NCBI GenBank assembly: GCA_963825865.1
Contig: CAWGVG010000057.1
Location: 1 to 64,000, forward strand
DNA length: 64,000 bases
Reading direction: 5' to 3'
Source: an uncultured Nitrososphaeraceae archaeon
GTDB lineage: Archaea > Thermoproteota > Nitrososphaeria > Nitrososphaerales > Nitrososphaeraceae
Part shown: positions 56,270 through 64,000 of the stretch, piece by piece
Layout of the letters: each line of letters begins with the position of its first letter
Numbering within the stretch: the first letter of the stretch is position 1
Notes under the pieces: generated by a model
The model's input: only the letters and a program-made list of their open reading frames with translations
The model's database searches: none
Told to the model about the DNA's origin: nothing
Program-made: the position numbers and the translations under genes

Positions 56270-56345
56270 TGAGTTCAGGCTTTTGCTGGTTACAATCATT
56301 TTTGATAATCCCCTCATGTAATTTTGGAAAAAGATGGTCGTGGAT
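56270..56345 (-). repeat. Inverted copy of the 3' end of the radical SAM gene
   Basis: A 33-bp exact core (56294-56326) is the reverse complement of 57428-57460. In addition, 56270-56288 matches 57464-57482 at 18/19. Confidence 0.9.
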
Positions 56346-56471
56346 TTAATCATATTCTGATATATGAAGCGTAGTTGTAAGAAATGCTTAATAGATTTAG
56401 TTCTCTGAGATTTAGTATTGGTAGTTGATACTATACGTACTATCAAAATTTTAGGAAAATGGTCGGGCAAC

Positions 56472-57490
56472 ATGGTTATAAGGCGAAGGCGTCCTTTAAT
56501 CGCTGTTTTTAGTCTAACTCACTATTGTAACTTTTATTGTCCAATGTGTCCTTTTGGGGACTCTGATAAGGAGGGTCAAATCAAAATTGCCAAGAGAGAT
56601 GATCTTTCTACTGAGCAATGGAAACTGATTTTCGATAAGGTTTCAAAGTATTGCATCTGGTCTATAATAGAAGGTGGAGAACCGACTAGCCGTCCTGACT
56701 TTATGGACCTTGTCAGACATCTTCACAACCTACATCTTCCTATCACATTGATTACTAATTGCTCTCTTCTCCACACTGTCGAACTTGATGAACTAAAGAG
56801 GTATATTCAATTCATTACCTGCAGTATTGATTCTTTGTTTGAAGAATCGTATTGCAAGATACGTGGCGTTCCTCCCCATATGTTACAAGAGTGTAATGAA
56901 TAATCTGCATCTTTTAAACGAACGTAGAGTACCTCACTACCTTAACAGTGTCATAACAAAGTACAATACAGAAGAATTCATCAATCAAACTTATTTTGAT
57001 AAGGCTAAGGAACTAGGTATAAAGGCAGTTTCATTTACATTTGTTGAAGATAGATCTGACGTTCCTTATTCTTTACTTCCTGACCGCCAAACCATGGTCA
57101 TGGTCTGCAATAGCATACTAGACTATATGAAAAACACATTCATCTCCACAAATAATGATACCATCCAAATATTTTGAACAAATAATAGAACATGGACGAG
57201 GGATATTCGACGAGTGCGGCGTGTGGAAAAGTGTATTTGTTAATGGTAATGGTAGTGTCATGGTTCCATGTTGGAAATTTAATAGCTCAGAAAATACTTA
57301 TAACCTACTAGAGAAAAGCATAGAGGAAATTTGGAATGCTCCACAATGGGACATTGCTAGTACCTGCCATGACTGCAAAGTGCTTGGCTGTATATGGTAT
57401 TCCTCTCAGTCAATAACCACCTTTGCACAAAATTACATGAGGGGATTATCAAAAATGATTAGTCAGCAAAATCCTGAACTCAGAGTATAA
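56472..57490 (+). CDS. Radical SAM protein with SPASM-like C-terminus (two frameshifts)
   Basis: CNFYCPMC, GGEP, ITN, SID, then C...VNGNGSVMVPC...CHDC...C. Confidence 0.88.
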
Positions 57491-58021
57491 TATGTACAAT
57501 ATTAAATGTTAGCAGCATCTTCGATTCCTGTTAGTATGTCCATTCTAGTTTAGCATATTTTAAATATACTCAATTTTTTTATTGATACTACAAATTTTCG
57601 TATTGTTCATATTGGTTTAGACAACTACCATCACCACTGGCGAACTGTCTTCTACAGGTATTCCATCGGCTGAAATCTCTATTACTGAAAGAGGAAACGC
57701 AAGAGCACTAGGTAAGAGAAAATGGGTGATAATAGTAGTTTATGACCGAAACTATCACTCAATTACCAATAGACGAATGCAAGGATTGGATTTTGCATAG
57801 ATTGGATATTAAAGAACAGTATCGTACTATTGGATATGCTATGCATGCATACACACATACAAGTATACTAAGTTCGTTATCTTTATGTCCTGCTAGTCTA
57901 AATTTACTCTACTCAATGTCACGACGACACTGAAATGGATGGCGCTCATATGGAGAGCAGTGCTTTCACCAAGGATAAATAGTATAAGAAGGACTTATTG
58001 AAATTGAGGTAGAAAAATAAT

Positions 58022-59067
58022 ATGCGTTCAATCCAAGTTTCCAAGCCTAATGGGCCTTTTGAAACGATAGAACGAGACATTCCGGAACCTAATACTGCAC
58101 AAGTCCGCATCAAAGTTCAAGCCTGCGGCATATGCCACAGTGACTCGATGATGAAAGAAGGATTATTCCCATGAGTCCAGTACCCAAGAGTTCCTGGTCA
58201 CGAGGTCGCAGGTATTATCGATGAAGTAGGAAAAGATGTAGTTGAATGGAAGCCTGGGCAGCGAGTCGCTATCGGCTGGCATGGTGGCCAGTGTGGTTAC
58301 TGAGACTCTTGTCGGCGGAGATTTCTTCGCATGCCGCTACGCACGAGTGACTGGCTTTATCTACGATGGCGGCTATGCAGACTATATGATTGCGTCCCCC
58401 ACAAGCGCCAGCGCTGATCCCCGACCAACTTTCAGCTACAGATGCTGCACCGCTAATGTGTGCTGGTATCACCACCTTTAATGCTCTTCGGAACAGCGGC
58501 GCATGTGTAGGCGATGTAGTAGCTATACGTGGGGTGGTGGGTTTGGCCATCTAGGCATTCAGTTTGCAGCCAAGATGGGTTTTAAGACCATTGCCATTGC
58601 GCGAGGAAAGGATAAGGAGGAGATGGTGAAAAAGCTTGGCGCTATTGATTACATCGATAGCCAGTCACAGAATGTCGTCGAAGAACTTGCTAAGATGGGA
58701 GACGCTAGGGTCATCCTTGCAACCGTCCCAAGCGGCAAAGCAATGAGTGCAGTTCTGGGCGCTCTGGGCGTCAACGGGAAGCTGAATCATCATTGGTGCT
58801 TCTGATGAGCCGCTCCAAGTGCCTACCAATCAATTCATATCAGGACGTCAATCAATAGTGGGCTGGTACAGCGGGTCGTCGATCGATTCTCAAGATACCC
58901 TTACCTTTAGTGCGCTTTCCGGTGTACGGTCTATAAATGAAATCTTTCCTCTGGATAGTGCAGCAGAGGCCTACGAGGTAATGATGAACGGTAAGGCACG
59001 ATTTCGAGCTGTCCTTACAACAGGGAGTGTATATAGACAACTGCCAAGTAATAGATTATACATTTAA
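58022..59067 (+). pseudogene. Zn-dependent alcohol dehydrogenase (AdhP-like), disrupted
   Basis: CGICHSD, PGHE, APLMCAGITTFNAL and GGFGHLGIQFA, with in-frame TGA substitutions and several frameshifts. Confidence 0.85.
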
Positions 59068-59221
59068 TGATAAAACCCGTTTGTTCTAGGATCTTGACTC
59101 TATTTACGACATTATAAAAAACAATTCGAGTTTACTAAATACATGATACCACGTGAAATAGAAAAGAGTCTACCTGACCATTTGATTTAAATAATTGTAC
59201 CTAACATTTTTAGATGCTTTT

Positions 59222-59650
59222 ATGACTAAGGATGTGCGGCGAAACTCACATTTCAGGATTATGTTTGTTGATGATGAGAAAGATATATTATCTACTATTA
59301 AAAGAGGTCTAGAATCAAATACTACTTTCAAAGTTGATACATTCTCTAGTGGCGAATCAGCTTTGCAGGCTTTTGAAAACCATGTTGAAAACTATTATGA
59401 TCTAGTCATTACTGATATTAGAATGCCTAAAATGAGTGGTTTTGAATTATATCGTCGTATCAAAGAGAAGAATTCATCGATGAAGATTGCATTTATTACA
59501 GCATTTGAAATAAACAAAGAGGAATTTAGCAAGGTTATGCCATCTGTTAATGTAATCGATTTTATAAGCAAACCACTCAGTGTATCGAATTTGATAACAA
59601 AATTGAAGTCAATGCTAGCAAGCTATCCAACAAGTCGTGCTACTATATAG
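59222..59650 (+). CDS. Single-domain response regulator (receiver)
   Basis: FVDDEKD, TDIRMPKMSGFEL, FITA and ISKP motifs. Confidence 0.92.
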   Translation: MTKDVRRNSHFRIMFVDDEKDILSTIKRGLESNTTFKVDTFSSGESALQAFENHVENYYDLVITDIRMPKMSGFELYRRIKEKNSSMKIAFITAFEINKEEFSKVMPSVNVIDFISKPLSVSNLITKLKSMLASYPTSRATI

Positions 59651-60329
59651 TAATATCACATTTATAAGCCTGAAATTTGTAAAATTTTACAAATGTTATT
59701 ATTAGGACATATCTATAGAAAGGGAATTCTGGCGTTAAAACTCAAACTGAAAGCACGAGCGGAGATTCAAAATACATCTTTAGTTAGCACGTTTGAAATA
59801 TTTTTCATGTTCAGGTTCTACTTGTATAGTTGCATGATTTATACTGTAACGCTCTGACAAAACCTTGTTAATCATGTGTACTGCCATGTTTGATCGACTT
59901 AACGTATGGTCAATACATGAAGATCATGTACATCAATTACTTTTTTTTATTGAACTTTATTTCTTGAATGTTTACTTCCAACTGTGCTCCTTCAAGCAAG
60001 ATATAGTTCCATTTACAATACTGTATCCGTTTCTCGCAATAAGCCCTGCATGATCATGATCTTAAAAATGGTCTACAGATGCTTCGTGTGGTAGAAGATC
60101 CCTCTATCTGTGAAGATCCAGACAGCGAATATATTGTGAAGACCCTCATAAGATGATGGTCAACGATAACCATAGCCCACTATAAAGCTAGTTAGTATAT
60201 ATCGACAACCATCGAATATGGTAGGAATAATGGTTGTAATAAATTAGCAATAGAATGAAGGTTTTTATATGTGTGGGTCGATGTCACGGGCCTTGTTCTT
60301 ATATTATCGTCATCATTTTTTCCCGCGTT

Positions 60330-60569
60330 CTATTCTTGACCTTCAATTACAATCAGAGTTAGCGTTGATTTGATTTTATCAATTCTTCTTATACGCCAGG
60401 TAATAGTTTCTTTTAGTTTGTCCATTGCATCTGTACTAACCTTTACGAGTAAGTCGTAAACGCCATATGTGCCATAAACCTCCACCACTTCCTGCAATTC
60501 CTCAAGTTCATTAATAATCTCTTCCTCAAAGCCAAAATCACAATTGATTAAGACGTATGCTGTTGCCAT
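60330..60569 (-). CDS. Lrp/AsnC ligand-binding (RAM) domain protein
   Basis: MATAYVLINC..G.E, YGVYDLLVKV and IKSTLTL motifs. Confidence 0.9.
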   Translation of the reverse strand: MATAYVLINCDFGFEEEIINELEELQEVVEVYGTYGVYDLLVKVSTDAMDKLKETITWRIRRIDKIKSTLTLIVIEGQE

Positions 60570-60944
60570 AATGTATATGTTGTTATAGGAATCAATGGTA
60601 ATAACCATTATGAATTGGCTTATACAGATAAACCATATGGTGGTATCAATGAATAATATATCTATAATAGTAATAACAGACTCATTGATGAAAACAATCT
60701 TAATTAAATCTGAAATGAATTTTCTTGCCTTATGAGGTGGCTTTAGGATTATTTTGTTAATTCAATCAAGCCAAGTTATGAGTTTAATCTTACATTCCTT
60801 TCTTGAATATCTAAATCTTTTTTGTCATAGCAGACTTGATTACATTATGTTCTAACGTATTCACTTGTGATTGGGATTATTCCCACTAGTCATTGATTAG
60901 AAATTGTTTATATTGTCAACCGTTCAAATATAGCTGCTGGGCTT

Positions 60945-61802
60945 TTGAACGAGATTCTGGAGATAAGTAATATTAAGAAGTATTTTCTTGTTAAAAAGAA
61001 CTTTCGCGAGATCTTTCACTTAACTGAACGGCAGTACATCAAAGCAGTAGATGATGTAAGTTTCACGATTGAGAAAGGAAGAGTTTTTGTTCTTGCTGGA
61101 GGATCTGGTTCTGGCAAGACTACTTTGGCTAGGTTAATTCTGCGTGCAATTGAGCCAGACAGTGGATCCATAATATTCAATGGAGAAGATATTACGAAAA
61201 ATACTGATAACAAATTAAGAAAATTTCGTACAAATGTTCAAATGATACATCAGGATCCATTCACATCGCTAAATCCTCGTATGAAAATAATGGACATAGT
61301 CATGGAGCCGTTGAATATTCATGATAAACAAAATTCAAAATGTGAACGAAGAGAAAAAGTATTGAGATCTTTAGAGAATGTACGGTTAGAACCTGCTGGA
61401 GATATTGCTGAAAAATTTCCACATATGCTTTCTGGAGGTCAGAGACAGAGAGTAGCCTTAGCAAGATCACTAGTTCTCAAACCAAAATTAGTTATAGCAG
61501 ATGAGCCTGTTTCGAATCTCGACGTCTCTGTAAGAGCTGAAATATTAGATCTTATGAAAAATTTGAAAGACAGATTCCAAATTTCTTTCCTTTATATTAC
61601 ACATGATCTTTCTACATCTAGGTATATTGGTGACGATATAGCAATAATGTATGCAGGTAAAATAGTTGAGATGGGGCACATAGATCAAGTTTTACTAAAT
61701 CCACTTCATCCTTATACACAGGCATTAATTGATGCGATTCCCGACCCTGATCCTGATAATTCGCAAAGAGAAAAAATATCTATATCGGGCAAGGAAAAGT
61801 AA
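60945..61802 (+). CDS. Oligopeptide/dipeptide ABC transporter ATP-binding subunit (OppF/DppF-like)
   Basis: GGSGSGKT, QDP, LSGGQRQR, ADEP, ITHD and PLHPYT motifs. Confidence 0.92.
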   Translation: MNEILEISNIKKYFLVKKNFREIFHLTERQYIKAVDDVSFTIEKGRVFVLAGGSGSGKTTLARLILRAIEPDSGSIIFNGEDITKNTDNKLRKFRTNVQMIHQDPFTSLNPRMKIMDIVMEPLNIHDKQNSKCERREKVLRSLENVRLEPAGDIAEKFPHMLSGGQRQRVALARSLVLKPKLVIADEPVSNLDVSVRAEILDLMKNLKDRFQISFLYITHDLSTSRYIGDDIAIMYAGKIVEMGHIDQVLLNPLHPYTQALIDAIPDPDPDNSQREKISISGKEK

Positions 61803-62075
61803 CATACATAGCAGTTGTATGTCTTGTTATAAATGAATATATGCAAAAACCATCCTAACTATCATGTAAAACAACCACTATATCTCATTTGCATTCAGAT
61901 TCCTTTAACAGAGATTTCCATTTTAGTGTTGTTAGAATATAATGTTCATATAAAAGAACTTTTTATTATTTTTGACTTTACACAAATACCACTATTTTAA
62001 TATATTTTTGGAGTGCATATGGTATGCTACTGCTACTTTATATCATAGTCAACAAAAATGGCAGTAAGACTGTAG

Positions 62076-62681
62076 TTATTTTGAATTGGTTCCTATTGTT
62101 AGTACTTCCAGATTCTTTTTCATATCACGAACTGCCTTTTTCAATTCATGGATGTCTTTTAATATTTCATCTACTTCGCTCCTTGTAGGAAGATTCAAAA
62201 TTTCGAAATTCTTTTCAGCAATATTCTGCAGATGTTTTAACAGATCAAGCTGACTACTAGTTACTTTGCTATTTGTAACTGCAAAGTTCTTGGAACCAAA
62301 TAATTCTGTAAAGGCATTCTCAAATGCATCTATTGCAACCATTCTATAATTTTCAAAATCTTCTTTTGAATTGTTGTATTGTTTAGGCGCTCGCTGGGAA
62401 ACTTCTTTCATAGCCTGTAAATAAGCGTTATTCATTTCAACATGGTATTCTTTAAGATTAATTTGTAACTGGATCAGAGTTTGGCCTACGTTGAAGAGTT
62501 CCTGCGCATAAGAGATAAAATCTTTTGAAAAGGCTTGAAAAGGACCAACTGTAGGCAGTTTAATCAATTCTAACCAACCGTTAAATATTTTTTTTATCTG
62601 TTCTTGTTGTTTGCTGAAATCAGACTCGGATTTACTTTGTAACTGTTTATCATCATCATTGATGGTATCTCCCATAATCAT
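62076..62681 (-). CDS. phaE: Polyhydroxyalkanoate synthase subunit PhaE (class III, archaeal type)
   Basis: LPTVGPF, IDAFE..F..LF.S..FA and the PhaE box LNLPTRSEVDEI.KDIHELKK. Confidence 0.8.
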   Translation of the reverse strand: MIMGDTINDDDKQLQSKSESDFSKQQEQIKKIFNGWLELIKLPTVGPFQAFSKDFISYAQELFNVGQTLIQLQINLKEYHVEMNNAYLQAMKEVSQRAPKQYNNSKEDFENYRMVAIDAFENAFTELFGSKNFAVTNSKVTSSQLDLLKHLQNIAEKNFEILNLPTRSEVDEILKDIHELKKAVRDMKKNLEVLTIGTNSK

Positions 62682-63514
62682 TTAGTTATTATATTTGTTA
62701 AAAAGATTACAATAAGGTACACGAGCAAGTTCTTTTGCTTTATAAAAATTCGACACTATTCCGCTTTTTTCAGCCTTTTTAAATAATAAGTATTTAGTTT
62801 ATTTTTAATATATCTCTGAACCTTTTACTTCCCCAATATTCGTTCTATGGTTTCGTGGCCGGTTGATTTTTATGATCCTTTGCCATTTCCTTATCTATGA
62901 ATTCCTTATTGCAAGGTAAGCAGTAGTGAGCCTCCTTCATAATTACTCCTAATGTACTCTAAATATTAAAAAAGTTTTAGAAAGCGAAAGAGATTTTGAA
63001 AAATACGCTATAATATATAGAGGAATAGATTGACATTGTTAAGGTCATCCAAGAAACTTCGATTGGGATTTAAAACATTATTAATTACATGCATAGCTTC
63101 TTAACAAGCAGCGATCAATTACTATGAAAAATTAAGAACTTTTTTTATTTTGATTAATAATCTATACCCATAAATTATCCTATATGATAATTAAGAGATT
63201 CGAATTTTGTTTGGTATAGACGCCGTAGCTCTAATTAGTAGAACTTTTTATCTGGATTCTTTATGTTGATACGTCTAACAATTTCTCTATATTCTCTTCA
63301 TGTTCTTCGAATCTGGGTATTTATTTCAAGGTCCCGAGTAAACCGTTTTTACTATAACTTGTACAAAATTTTGTATTATCTCACGGTCAACAAAGGTTAC
63401 AAACAAACCTTTTGAATTGTTGGCTGAAGGCTTGTTTGAATCATTATAACTCATAACGTTGCTTAAGAGAAGTAGAATCTGACTATTTTTTCTATTCTAT
63501 GCTTTTGCATTAGA

Positions 63515-64000
63515 TTAAGTTTCTGTAAGTGGCTCTTGCTTAGGATGCCTATACCTCACAATCTGTGACATCCCTTCTTTAGGATATACACCATAAATCA
63601 TGTGTGCTTTACCTACGCTGGTATCTTTTAAAGTAACCATGATTATCTGATTATCTTTTGAACGCATCAATAAGACTTTCGACAATCTTTCATTATTTTC
63701 AGTATCAAGATGTGCGTCAACCTCATCCATCAGATAGAATGGTGATGGTTTCAATGATTGGAGTGCTAAGAGAAAAATTGTAGCAGCCATGGTTTTCTCC
63801 CCACCAGATAATGCCCTAGATTCGCGACCAGATTTTCCAGGGAATTGGACCATTAACGTTATACCGCCTGAAAATACGTCATCTATACTCTCTATTTCTA
63901 ACCAAGCTATTCCGCCTGTAACTTCTGAAAATGTCTTTCGTATATCATTGTCAACTTTATTGAATGCATCCATGAAAACACCTTTCTTTTCTTTGACAAT
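63515..64000 (-). CDS. smc: SMC chromosome segregation ATPase, C-terminal part (runs off the window)
   Basis: LSGGEK, PSPFYLMDEVDAHLD and QIIMVTL motifs. Confidence 0.93.
   Translation of the reverse strand: MVKEKKGVFMDAFNKVDNDIRKTFSEVTGGIAWLEIESIDDVFSGGITLMVQFPGKSGRESRALSGGEKTMAATIFLLALQSLKPSPFYLMDEVDAHLDTENNERLSKVLLMRSKDNQIIMVTLKDTSVGKAHMIYGVYPKEGMSQIVRYRHPKQEPLTET

Overview
This is an AT-rich archaeal window, almost certainly from an ammonia-oxidising archaeon (Nitrososphaeraceae/Thaumarchaeota). The markers are thaumarchaeosortase, the AOA-type heme-copper oxidase cluster with blue-copper proteins, a homologue of the 3HP/4HB-cycle Fe-ADH, Alba, F420 enzymes and PhaE. About 20 genes, including housekeeping ones, are broken by single-base indels, which points to long-read assembly error, so most 'split' genes are probably intact. 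The left ~33 kb is accessory: an IS481 element, a gene bracketed by 33-bp recombinase-like direct repeats, MFS transporters, gene remnants (integrase, PolB, SIS, methyltransferase) and a surface-protein/glycosylation locus. The right part is mostly core: Bax1, a Hef-like helicase, tRNA-Arg, an HtpX/Psp cluster, a cox operon interrupted by an IS, TatD, Alba, a radical SAM protein, PhaE and SMC. The best leads are (1) a CoxB fused to a blue-copper domain that is a 305-bp near-identical copy of the C-terminal domain of the downstream blue-copper protein, (2) a single-gene cassette between palindromic 33-bp direct repeats, (3) a radical SAM gene with an inverted copy of its own 3' end upstream, (4) two enzymes with paired catalytic-residue substitutions, and (5) a Psp locus whose pspA is reduced to a C-terminal stub. 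No rRNA or CRISPR array was seen.
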